A stretch of 64,000 nt of DNA from Eledone cirrhosa. Lineage: Eukaryota. Below the pieces are notes generated by a model. The model was not told the DNA's origin. It worked only from the letters and a program-made list of their open reading frames with translations, and did not search any database. Location of the stretch: positions 17,484,001-17,548,000 of the forward strand of contig OZ024764.1 in NCBI GenBank assembly GCA_964016885.1. The letters run 5' to 3'. Within the stretch, counting starts at the first letter, position 1; every line of letters begins with the position of its first letter. Of the stretch, positions 1-13,140 are shown one piece after another. The translations under genes and the position numbers were made by a program.

Positions 1-3000
1 CATTTCTGTATTAAATATGGCATATACACTGTAATTCCCATCCAATAAATGAGTTTTCTGCATTTAGAAGCCATTTCTGTATTAAATATGGCATATACAC
101 TGTAATTCCCATCCAATAAATGAGTTTTCTGCATTTAGAAGCCATTTCTGTATTAAATATGGCATATACACTACTATTTCCATCCAATAAATGAGTTTTC
201 TGCATTTAGAAGCCATTTCTGTATTAAATATGGCATATACACTACTATTTCCATCCAATAAATGAGTTTTCTGCATTTAGAAGCCATTTCTGTATTAAAT
301 ATGGCATATACACTGTAATTCCCATCCAATAAATGAGTTTTCTGCATTAGAAGCCATTTCTGTATTAAATATGGCATTATACACTACTATTCCATCCAAT
401 AAATGAGTTTTCTGCATTTAGAAGCCATTTCTGTATTAAATATGGCATATACACTGTAATTCCCATCCAATAAATGAGTTTTCTGCATTTAGAAGCCATT
501 TCTGTATTAAATATGGCATATACACAGTAATTCCCATCCAATAAATGAGTTTTCTGCATTTAGAAGCCATTTCTGTATTAAATATGGCATATAAACTACT
601 ATTTCCATCCAATAAATGAGTTTTCTGCATTTAGAAGCCATTTCTGTATTAAATATGGCATATACACTGTAATTCCCATCCAATAAATGAGTTTTCTGCA
701 TTTAGAAGCCATTTCTGTATTAAATATGGCATATACACAGTAATTCCATCCAATAAATGACTTTTTCTGCATTTAGAAGCCATTTCTGTATTAAATATGG
801 CATATACACTACTATTTCCATCCAATAAATGAGTTTTCTGCATTTAGAAGCCATTTCTGTATTAAATATGGCATATACACTGTAATTCCCATCCAATAAA
901 TGAGTTTTCTGCATTTAGAAGCCATTTCTGTATTAAATATGGCATATACACTGTAATTCCCATCCAATAAATGAGTTTTCTGCATTTAGAAGCCATTTCT
1001 GTATTAAATATGGCATATACACTGTAATTCCCATCCAATAAATGAGTGTTCTGCATTTAGAAGCCATTTCTGTATTAAATATGGCATATACACTACTATT
1101 TCCATCCAATAAATGAGTTTTCTGCATTTAGAAGCCATTTCTGTATTAAATATGGCATATACACTGTAATTCCCATCCAATAAATGAGTTTTCTGCATTT
1201 AGAAGCCATTTCTGTATTAAATATGGCATATACACTGTAATTCCCATCCAATAAATGAGTTTTCTGCATTTAGAAGCCATTTCTGTATTAAATATGGCAT
1301 ATACACTGTAATTCCCATCCAATAAATGAGTTTTCTGCATTTAGAAGCCATTTCTGTATTAAATATGGCATATACACTGTAATTCCCATCCAATAAATGA
1401 GTTTTCTGCATTTAGAAGCCATTTCTGTATTAAATATGGCATATACACTGTAATTCCCATCCAATAAATGAGTTTTCTGCATTTAGAAGCCATTTCTGTA
1501 TTAAATATGGCATATACACTGTAATTTCCATCCAATAAATGAGTTTTCTGCATTTAGAAGCCATTTCTGTATTAAATATGGCATATAAACTGTAATTCCC
1601 ATCCAATAAATGAGTTTTCTGCATTTAGAAGCCATTTCTGTATTAAATATGGCATATACACTGTAATTCCCATCCAATAAATGAGTTTTCTGCATTTAGA
1701 AGCCATTTCTGTATTAAATATGGCATATACACTACTATTTCCATCCAATAAATGAGTTTTCTGCATTTAGAAGCCATTTCTGTATTAAATATGGCATATA
1801 CACTGTAATTCCCATCCAATAAATGAGTTTTCTGCATTTAGAAGCCATTTCTGTATTAAATATGGCATATACACTGTAATTCCCATCCAATAAATGAGTT
1901 TTCTGCATTTAGAAGCCATTTCTGTATTAAATATGGCATATACACTGTAATTCCCATCCAATAAATGAGTTTTCTGCATTTAGAAGCCATTTCTGTATTA
2001 AATATGGCATATACACTGTAATTCCCATCCAATAAATGAGTTTTCTGCATTTAGAAGCCATTTCTGTATTAAATATGGCATATACACTGTAATTCCCATC
2101 CAATAAATGAGTTTTCTGCATTTAGAAGCCATTTCTGTATTAAATATGGCATATACACTGTAATTCCCATCCAATAAATGAGTTTTCTGCATTTAGAAGC
2201 CATTTCTGTATTAAATATGGCATATACACTACTATTCCCATCCAATAAATGAGTTTTCTGCATTTAGAAGCCATTTCTGTATTAAATATTGCATATACAC
2301 TACTATTTCCATCCAATAAATGAGTTTTCTGCATTTAGAAGCCATTTCTGTATTAAATATGGCATATACACTGTAATTCCCATCCAATAAATGAGTTTTC
2401 TGCATTTAGAAGCCATTTCTGTATTAAATATGGCATATACACTGTAATTCCCATCCAATAAATGAGTTTTCTGCATTTAGAAGCCATTTCTGTATTAAAT
2501 ATGGCATATACACTGTAATTCCCATCCAATAAATGAGTTTTCTGCATTTAGAAGCCATTTCTGTATTAAATATGGCATATACACTACTATTCCCATCCAA
2601 TAAATGAGTTTTCTGCATTTAGAAGCCATTTCTGTATTAAAATATTGCATATACACTACTATTTCCATCCAATAAATGAGTTTTCTGCATTTAGAAGCCA
2701 TTTCTGTATTAAATATGGCATATACACTGTAATTCCCATACAATAAATGAGTTTTCTGCATTTAGAAGCCATTTCTGTATTAAATATGGCATATACACTG
2801 TAATTCCCATCCAATAAATGAGTTTTCTGCATTTAGAAGCCATTTCTGTATTAAATATGGCATATACACTGTAATTCCCATCCAATAAATGAGTTTTCTG
2901 CATTTAGAAGCCATTTCTGTATTAAATATGGCATATACACTACTATTTCCATCCAATAAATGAGTTCTCTGCATTTAGAAGCCATTTCTGTATTAAATAT

Positions 3001-6000
3001 GGCATATACACTGTAATTCCATGCAATAAATGAGTTTTGTGCATTTAGAAGCCATTTCTGTATTAAATATGGCATATACACTGTAATTCCCATCCAATAA
3101 ATGAGTTTTCTGCATTTAGAAGCCATTTCTGTATTAAATATGGCATATACACTACTATTTCCATCCAATAAATGAGTTTTCTGCATTTAGAAGCAATTTC
3201 TGTATTAAATATGGCATATACACTACTATTTCCATCCAATAAATGAGTTTTCTGCATTTAGAAGCCATTTCTGTATTAAATATGGCATATACACTGTAAT
3301 TCCCATCCAATAAATGAGTTTTCTGCATTTAGAAGCCATTTCTGTATTAAATATGGCATATACACTGTAATTCCCATCCAATAAATGAGTTTTCTGCATT
3401 TAGAAGCCATTTCTGTATTAAATATGGCATATACACTATATTTCCATCCAATAAATGAGTTTTCTGCATTTAGAAGCCATTTCTGTATTAAATATGGCAT
3501 ATACACTACTATTTCCATCCAATAAATGAGTTTTCTGCATTTAGAAGCCATTTCTGTATTAAATATGGCATATACACTACTATTTCCATCCAATAAATGA
3601 GTTTTCTGCATTTAGAAGCCATTTCTGCATTAAATATGGCATATACACTACTATTTCCATCCAATAAATGAGTTTTCTGCATTTAGAAGCCATTTCTGTA
3701 TTAAATATGGCATATACACTACTATTTCCATCCAATAAATGAGTTCTCTGCATTTAGAAGCCATTTCTGTATTAAATATGGCATATACACTGTAATTCCC
3801 ATCCAATAAATGAGTTTTCTGCATTTAGAAGCCATTTCTGTATTAAATATGGCATATACACTGTAATTCCCATCCAATAAATGAGTTTTCTGCCTTTAGA
3901 AGCCATTTCTGTATTAAATATGGCATATACACTGTAATTCCCATCCAATAAATGAGTTTTCTGCATTTAGAAGCCATTTCTGTATTAAATATGGCATATA
4001 CACTGTAATTCCCATCCAATAATGAGTTTTCTGCATTTAGAAGCCATTTCTGTATTAAATATGGCATATACACTACTATTTCCATCCAATAAATGAGTTT
4101 TCTGCATTTAGAAGCCATTTCTGTATTAAATATGGCATATAGACTGTAATTCCCATCCAATAAATGAGTTTTCTGCATTTAGAAGCCATTTCTGTATTAA
4201 ATATGGCATATACACTGTAATTCCCATCCAATAAATGAGTTTTCTGCATTTAGAAGCCATTTCTGTATTAAATATGGCATATACACTACTATTTCCATCC
4301 AATAAATGAGTTTTCTGCATTTAGAAGCCATTTCTGTATTAAATATGGCATATACACTGTAATTCCCATCCAATAAATGAGTTTTCTGCATTTAGAAGCC
4401 ATTTCTGTATTAAATATGGCATATACACTACTATTTCCATCCAATAAATGAGTTTTCTGCATTTAGAAGCCATTTCTGTATTAAATATGGCATATACACT
4501 GTAATTCCCATCCAATAAATGAGTTTTCTGCATTTAGAAGCCATTTCTGTATTAAATATGGCATATACACTGTAATTCCCATCCAATAAATGAGTTTTCT
4601 GCATTTAGAAGCCATTTCTGTATTAAATATGGCATATACACTACTATTTCCATCCAATAAATGAGTTTTCTGCATTTAGAAGCCATTTCTGTATTAAATA
4701 TGGCATATACACTGTAATTCCCATCCAATAAATGAGTTTTCTGCATTTAGAAGCCATTTCTGTATTAAATATGGCATATACACTACTATTTCCATCCAAT
4801 AAATGAGTTTTCTGCATTTAGAAGCCATTTCTGTATTAAATATGGCATATACACTAACTATTTCCATCCAATAAATGAGTTTTTCTGCATTTAGAAGCCA
4901 TTTCTGTATTAAATATGGCATATACACTGTAATTCCCATCCAATAAATGAGTTTTCTGCATTTAGAAGCCATTTCTGTATTAAATATGGCATATACACTA
5001 CTATTTCCCATCCAATAAATGAGTTTTCTGCATTTAGAAGCCATTTCTGTATTAAATATGGCATATACACTACTATTTCCATCCAATAAATGAGTTTTCT
5101 GCATTTAGAAGCCATTTCTGTATTAAATATGGCATATACACTGTAATTCCCATCCAATAAATGAGTTTTCTGCATTTAGAAGCCATTTCTGTATTAAATA
5201 TGGCATATACACTACTATTTCCATCCAATAAATGAGTTTTCTGCATTTAGAAGCCATTTCTGTATTAAATATGGCATATACACTGTAATTCCCATCCAAT
5301 AAATGAGTTTTCTGCATTTAGAAGCCATTTCTGTATTAAATATGGCATATACACTGTAATTCCCATCCAATAAATGAGTTTTCTGCATTTAGAATCCATT
5401 TCTGTATTAAATATGGCATATACACTACTATTTCCATCCAATAAATGAGTTTTCTGCATTTAGAAGTCATTTCTGTATTAAATATGGCATATACACTGTA
5501 ATTCCCATCCAATAAATTAGTTTTCTGCATTTAGAAGCCATTTCTGTATTAAATATGGCATATACACTACTATTTCCATCCAATAAATGAGTTTTCTGCA
5601 TTTAGAAGCCATTTCTGTATTAAATATGGCATATACACTACTATTTCCATCCAATAAATGAGTTTTCTGCATTTAGAAGCCATTTCTGTATTAAATATGG
5701 CATATACACTGTAATTCCCATCCAATAAATGAGTTTTCTGCATTTAGAAGCCATTTCTGTATTAAATATGGCATATACACTACTATTTCCATCCAATAAA
5801 TGAGTTTTCTGCATTTAGAAGCCATTTCTGTATTAAATATGGCATATACACTACTATTTCCATCCAATAAATGAGTTTTCTGCATTTAGAAGCCATTTCT
5901 GTATTAAATATTGCATATACACTACTATTTCCATCCAATAAATGAGTTTTCTGCATTTAGAAGCCATTTCTGTATTAAATATGGCATATACACTGTAATT

Positions 6001-9000
6001 CCCATCCAATAAATGAGTTTTCTGCATTTAGAAGCCATTTCTGTATTAAATATGGCATATACACTACTATTTCCATCCAATAAATGAGTTTTCTGCATTT
6101 AGAAGCCATTTCTGTATTAAATATGGCATATACACTGTAATTCCATCCAATAAATGAGTTTTCTGCATTTAGAAGCCATTCTGTATTAAATATGGCATAT
6201 ACACTACTATTTCCATCCAATAAATGAGTTTTCTGCATTTAGAAGCCATTTCTGTATTAAATATGGCATATACACTGTAATTCCCATCCAATAAATGAGT
6301 TTTCTGCATTTAGAAGCCATTTCTGTATTAAATATGGCATATACACTGTAATTCCCATCCAATAAATGAGTTTTCTGCATTTAGAAGCCATTTTCTGTAT
6401 TAAATATGGCATATACACTACTATTTCCATCCAATAAATGAGTTTTCTGCATTTAGAAGCCATTTCTGTATTAAATATGGCATATACACTGTAATTCCCA
6501 TCCAATAAATTAGTTTTCTGCATTTAGAAGCCATTTCTGTATTAAATATGGCATATACACTACTATTTCCATCCAATAAATGAGTTTTCTGCATTTAGAA
6601 GCCATTTCTGTATTAAATATGGCATATACACTACTATTTCCATCCAATAAATGAGTTTTCTGCATTTAGAAGCCATTTCTGTATTAAATATGGGCATATA
6701 CACTGTAATTCCCATCCAATAAATGAGTTTTCTGCATTTAGAAGCCATTTCTGTATTAAATATGGCATATACACTACTATTTCCATCCAATAAATGAGTT
6801 TTCTGCATTTAGAAGCCATTTCTGTATTAAATATGGCATATACACTGTATTTCCCATCCAATAAATGAGTTTTCTGCATTTAGAAGCCATTTCTGTATTA
6901 AATATGCATATACACTACTATTTCCATCCAATAAATGAGTTTTCTGCATTTAGAAGCCATTTCTGTATTAAATATGGCATATACACTGTAATTCCCATCC
7001 AATAAATGAGTTTTCTGCATTTAGAAGCCATTTCTGTATTAAATATGGCATATACACTACTATTTCCATCCAATAAATGAGTTTTCTGCATTTAGAAGCC
7101 ATTTCTGTATTAAATATGGCATATACACTGTAATTCCCATCCAATAAATGAGTTTTCTGCATTTAGAAGCCATTTCTGTATTAAATATGGCATATACACT
7201 ACTATTTCCATCCAATAAATGAGTTTTCTGCATTTAGAAGCCATTTCTGTATTAAATATGGCATATACACTACTAATTCCCATCCAATAAATGAGTTTTC
7301 TGCATTTAGAAGCCATTTCTGTATTAAATATGGCATATACACTGTAATTCCCATCCAATAAATGAGTTTTCTGCATTTAGAAGCCATTTCTGTATTAAAT
7401 ATGGCATATACACTGTAATTCCCATCCAATAAATGAGTTTTCTGCATTTAGAAGCCATTTCTGTATTAAATATGGCATATACACTACTATTTCCATCCAA
7501 TAAATGAGTTCTCTGCATTTAGAAGCCATTTCTGTATTAAATATGGCATATACACTGTAATTCCCATCCAATAAATGAGTTTTCTGCATTTAGAAGCCAT
7601 TTCTGTATTAAATATGGCATATACACTGTAATTCCCATCCAATAAATGAGTTTTCTGCATTTAGAAGCATTTCTGTATTAAATATGGCATATACACTACT
7701 ATTTCCATCCAATAAATGAGTTTTCTGCATTTAGAAGCCATTTCTGTATTAAATATGGCATATACACTACTATTTCCATCCAATAAATGAGTTTTCTGCA
7801 TTTAGAAGCCATTTCTGTATTAAATATGGCATATACACTGTAATTCCCATCCAATAAATGAGTTTTCTGCATTTAGAAGCCATTTCTGTATTAAATATGG
7901 CATATACACTGTAATTCCATCCAATAAATGAGTTTTCTGCATTTAGAAGCCATTTCTGTATTAAATATGGCATATACACTATATTCCATCCAATAATGAG
8001 TTTTCTGCATTTAGAAGCCATTTCTGTATTAAATATGGCATATACACTACTATTTCCATCCAATAAATGAGTTTTCTGCATTTAGAAGCCATTTCTGTAT
8101 TAAATATGGCATATACACTACTATTTCCATCCAATAAATGAGTTTTCTGCATTTAGAAGCCATTTCTGTATTAAATATGGCATATACACTACTATTTCCA
8201 TCCAATAAATGAGTTTTCTGCATTTAGAAGCCATTTCTGTATTAAATATGGCATATACACTGTAATTCCCATCCAATAAATGAGTTTTCTGCATTTAGAA
8301 GCCATTTCTGTATTAAATATGGCATATACACTGTAATTCCCATCCAATAAATGAGTTTTCTGCTTTAGAAGCCATTTCTGTATTAAATATGGCATATACA
8401 CTGTAATTCCCATCCAATAAATGAGTTTTCTGCATTTAGAAGCCATTTCTGTATTAAATATGGCATATACACTGTAATTCCCATCCAATAAATGAGTTTT
8501 CTGCATTTAGAAGCCATTTCTGTATTAAATATGGCATATACACTACTATTTCCATCCAATAAATGAGTTTTCTGCATTTAGAAGCCATTTCTGTATTAAA
8601 TATGGCATATACGACTGTAATTCCCATCCAATAAATGAGTTTTCTGCATTTAGAAGCCATTTCTGTATTAAATATGGCATATACACTGTAATTCCCATCC
8701 AATAAATGAGTTTTCTGCATTTAGAAGCCATTTCTGTATTAAATATGGCATATACACTACTATTTCCATCCAATAAATGAGTTTTCTGCATTTAGAAGCC
8801 ATTTCTGTATTAAATATGGCATATACACTGTAATTCCCATCCAATAAATGAGTTTTCTGCATTAGAAGCCATTTCTGTATTAAATATGGCATATACACTA
8901 CTATTTCCATCCAATAAATGAGTTTTCTGCATTTAGAAGCCATTTCTGTATTAAATATGGCATATACACTGTAATTCCCATCCAATAAATGAGTTTTCTG

Positions 9001-11147
9001 CATTTAGAAGCCATTTCTGTATTAAATATGGCATATACACTGTAATTCCATCCAATAAATGAGTTTTCTGCATTTAGAAGCCATTTCTGTATTAAATATG
9101 GCATATACACTACTATTTCCATCCAATAAATGAGTTTTCTGCATTTAGAAGCCATTTCTGTATTAAATATGGCATATACACTGTAATTCCCATCCAATAA
9201 TGAGTTTTCTGCATTTAGAAGCCATTTCTGTATTAAATATGGCATATACACTACTATTTCCATCCAATAAATGAGTTTTCTGCATTTAGAAGCCATTTCT
9301 GTATTAAATATGGCATATACACTCTATTCCCATCCAATAAATGAGTTTTCTGCATTTAGAAGCCATTTCTGTATTAAATATGGCATATACACTGTAATTC
9401 CCATCCAATAAATGAGTTTTCTGCATTTAGAAGCCATTTCTGTATTAAATATGGCATATACACTACTATTTCCATCCAATAAATGAGTTTTCTGCATTTA
9501 GAAGCCATTTCTGTATTAAATATGGCATATACACTACTATTTCCATCCAATAAATGAGTTCTTCTGCATTTAGAAGCCATTTCTGTATTAAATATGGCAT
9601 ATACACTACTATTTCCATCCAATAAATGAGTTTTCTGCATTTAGAAGCCATTTCTGTATTAAATATGGCATATACACTACTATTCCATCCAATAAATGAG
9701 TTTTCTGCATTTAGAAGCCATTTCTGTATTAAATATGGCATATACACTACTATTTCCATCCAATAAATGAGTTTTCTGCATTTAGAAGCCATTTCTGTAT
9801 TAAATATGGCATATACACTAGCTATTTCCATCCAATAAATGAGTTTTCTGCATTTAGAAGCCATTTCTGTATTAAATATGGCATATACACTACTATTTCC
9901 ATCCAATAAATGAGTTTTCTGCATTTAGAAGCCATTTCTGTATTAAATATGGCATATACACTGTAATTCCCATCCAATAAATGAGTTTTCTGCATTTAGA
10001 AGCCATTTCTGTATTAAATATGGCATATACACTACTATTTCCATCCAATAAATGAGTTTTCTGCATTTAGAAGCCATTTCTGTATTAAATATGGCATATA
10101 CACTGTAATTCCCATCCAATAAATGAGTTTTCTGCATTTAGAAGCCATTTCTGTATTAAATATGGCATATACACTGTAATTCCCATCCAATAAATGAGTT
10201 TTCTGCATTTAGAAGCCATTTCTGTATTAAATATGGCATATACACTACTATTTCCCATCCAATAAATGAGTTTTCTGCATTTAGAAGCCATTTCTGTATT
10301 AAATATGGCATATACACTACTATTTCCATCCAATAAATGAGTTCTCTGCATTTAGAAGCCATTTCTGTATTAAATATGGCATATACACTGTAATTCCCAT
10401 CCAATAAATGAGTTTTCTGCATTTAGAAGCCATTTCTGTATTAAATATGGCATATACACTGTAATTCCCATCCAATAAATGAGTTTTCCTGCATTTAGAA
10501 GCCATTTCTGTATTAAATATGGCATATACACTACTATTTCCATCCAATAAATGAGTTTTCTGCATTTAGAAGCCATTTCTGTATTAAATATGGCATATAC
10601 ACTACTATTTCCATCCAATAAATGAGTTTTCTGCATTTAGAAGCCATTTCTGTATTAAATATGGCATATACACTGTAATTCCCATCCAATAAATGAGTTT
10701 TCTGCATTAGAAGCCATTTCTGTATTAAATATGGCATATACACTGTAATTCCCATCCAATAAATGAGTTTTCTGCATTTAGAAGCCATTTCTGTATTAAA
10801 TATGGCATATACACTACTATTTCCATCCAATAAATGAGTTTTCTGCATTTAGAAGCCATTTCTGTATTAAATATGGCATATACACTGTAATTCCCATCCA
10901 ATAAATGAGTTTTCTGCATTTAGAAGCCATTTCTGTATTAAATATGGCATATACACTAGCTAATTCCATCCAATAAATGAGTTTTCTGCATTTAGAAGCC
11001 ATTTCTGTATTAAATATGGCATATACACTGTAATTCCCATCCAATAAATGAGTTTTCTGCATTTAGAAGCCATTTCTGTATTAAATATGGCATATACACT
11101 ACTATTTCCATCCAATAAATGAGTTTTCTGCATTTAGAAGCCATTTC
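1..11147. repeat. Homogeneous 71-bp tandem satellite array (~157 monomers), truncated by window start and assembly gap
   Basis: Unit CATTTCTGTATTAAATATGGCATATACA[CTGTAATTCCC|CTACTATTTCC]ATCCAATAAATGAGTTTTCTGCATTTAGAAGC recurs every 71 bp. The staggered 64-aa ORFs simply reflect this period. Confidence 0.98.
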
Positions 11148-11347
11148 NNNNNNNNNNNNNNNNNNNNNNNNNNNNNNNNNNNNNNNNNNNNNNNNNNNNN
11201 NNNNNNNNNNNNNNNNNNNNNNNNNNNNNNNNNNNNNNNNNNNNNNNNNNNNNNNNNNNNNNNNNNNNNNNNNNNNNNNNNNNNNNNNNNNNNNNNNNNN
11301 NNNNNNNNNNNNNNNNNNNNNNNNNNNNNNNNNNNNNNNNNNNNNNN
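11148..11347. other. Assembly gap (200 N)
   Basis: Exactly 200 Ns, a fixed-size scaffolding gap. True distance and orientation between the flanks are unknown. Confidence 0.99.
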
Positions 11348-13140
11348 AAGGACTAAAATGACTCTAAAATGGCTAAAACGGCATCATAAATGAATAAAAT
11401 GACTCTAATAAGGCTAAAACCGCCTCATAAAGGACTAAAATGACTCTAAAATGGCTAAAACGGCACCATAAATGACTAAAATGACACTAAAAGGGCTAAA
11501 ACCGCGTCACAAATGACTAAAACGGCAAAATAAATGAATAAATGCCTCTAAAATGCCTTAAACGACATCATAAATGACGAAAATGACTCTAAAATTGCTA
11601 AAACCGCCCCATAAAGGAGTAAAATGGATAAAACCGCATCATAAATGACTAAAATGGCTAATAAGGCATCATGAATGACTCAAATGACAATATAAGGGCT
11701 AAAACCGCGTCATAAATGACTAAAACGGCAAGATAAATGAATAAATGCCTCTAAAATGCCTAAATCGACAACATATATGACTAAAATGACTCTAAAAATG
11801 GCAAAAACGATATATAAATGATGAAAATTACTCTAAAATGGGTAAAACGGCATCGTAAATGACTAAAATGACGCTAAAATGTCTAAAACGTTGTAGAAAT
11901 GACGAAAATTACTCTAAAGAGCTAAAACAGCATTGTAAATGACTAAAATGATCCTAAAATGTCTGTACCGGTGTATAAATGACGAAAATTACTCTAAAAT
12001 GGCTAAAACCACATTATAAGCGACTAAAATGACTCTAAAATGGCTAAAGCGGCATCATAATTGACTAAAATGACTCTGAAATGGCTAAAACCGCCTCATG
12101 AAGGACTAAAATGTCTCTAAAATTGCTAAAACGGCATCAAAAATAACTAAAATGCCTCTAAAAGGGCTAAAACCGCATCATAAATGACGAAAACGGCAAA
12201 ATAAATGAATATATGCCTCTAAAATGCATCATAAATGACTAAAATGGCTAAAACCGCATCGTAAATGATTAAAATGACTCTAAAATGGCTAAAACTGCCC
12301 CATAAAGGACTAAAATGACTCTAAAATAGCTAAAACCGCATCATAAATGACTAAAATGGCTAAAACCGTATCGTAAATGATTAAAACGACTCTAAAATGG
12401 CTAAAACTTCCTCATAAAGGACTAAAATGACTCTAAAATGGCTAAAACAGCATCATAAATCAGTAAAATGACCCTATAAATGGCTAAAACGGTATATAAA
12501 TGATGAAAAGAACTCTACATTGGATAAAACGGCATCTTAAATGACTAAATTAACCCTAAAATGTCTAAAACGGTTTATAAATGACGAAAATTACTCTAAA
12601 ATGGCTAAAACAGCATCGTAAATGACTAAAATGCCTAAACCGGTGTATAAATGACGAAAATGACTCTAAAATGGCTAAAACTGCCTCATAAAGGACTAAA
12701 ATGACTCTAAAATGGCTAAAGCGGCATCATAAATGACTAAAATGGCTCTAAAATGGCTAAAACCGCCTCATGAAGGACTAAAATTACTCTAAAAGGGCTA
12801 AAACCGCATCATAAATGACTAAAACGGCAAAATAAATGAATAAATGCCTCTAAAGTGCCTAAAACGACATCATAATTATCTAAAATGACTCTAAAATGAC
12901 TAAAACAGCATCATAAATGACTAAAATGACCCGAAAAATGGCTAAAACGGTATATAAATGATGAAACTTACTCAAAAGTGGATAAAACGGCATCAGAAAT
13001 GACTGAAATGACACTTAGATGGCTAAAACAGTATAGTAAATGATGAAAATGACCCTAAAATGTCTAAAACGGTGTATAAATGAGTAAAATGACTCTAAAA
13101 TGGCTAAAGAAAGCATCATAAATGACTAAAATAACCCTAA
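11348..13140. repeat. Diverged ~41-bp A-rich satellite built from 9-12-bp sub-repeats
   Basis: Consensus approximately AAATGACTA-AAATGACTCTA-AAATGGCTA-AAACCGCATCAT, repeated with substitutions and dropped sub-units. Confidence 0.93.

Noticed and set aside
11-11062. Dozens of 64-150-aa 'MQKTHLLDGN...' ORFs
   Set aside because: They are frame-cycling products of the 71-bp satellite, with no splice or codon evidence.
6000-11147. Rising density of 1-bp indels toward the gap
   Set aside because: Mostly homopolymer-type, consistent with low-coverage consensus error at a contig end rather than biology.
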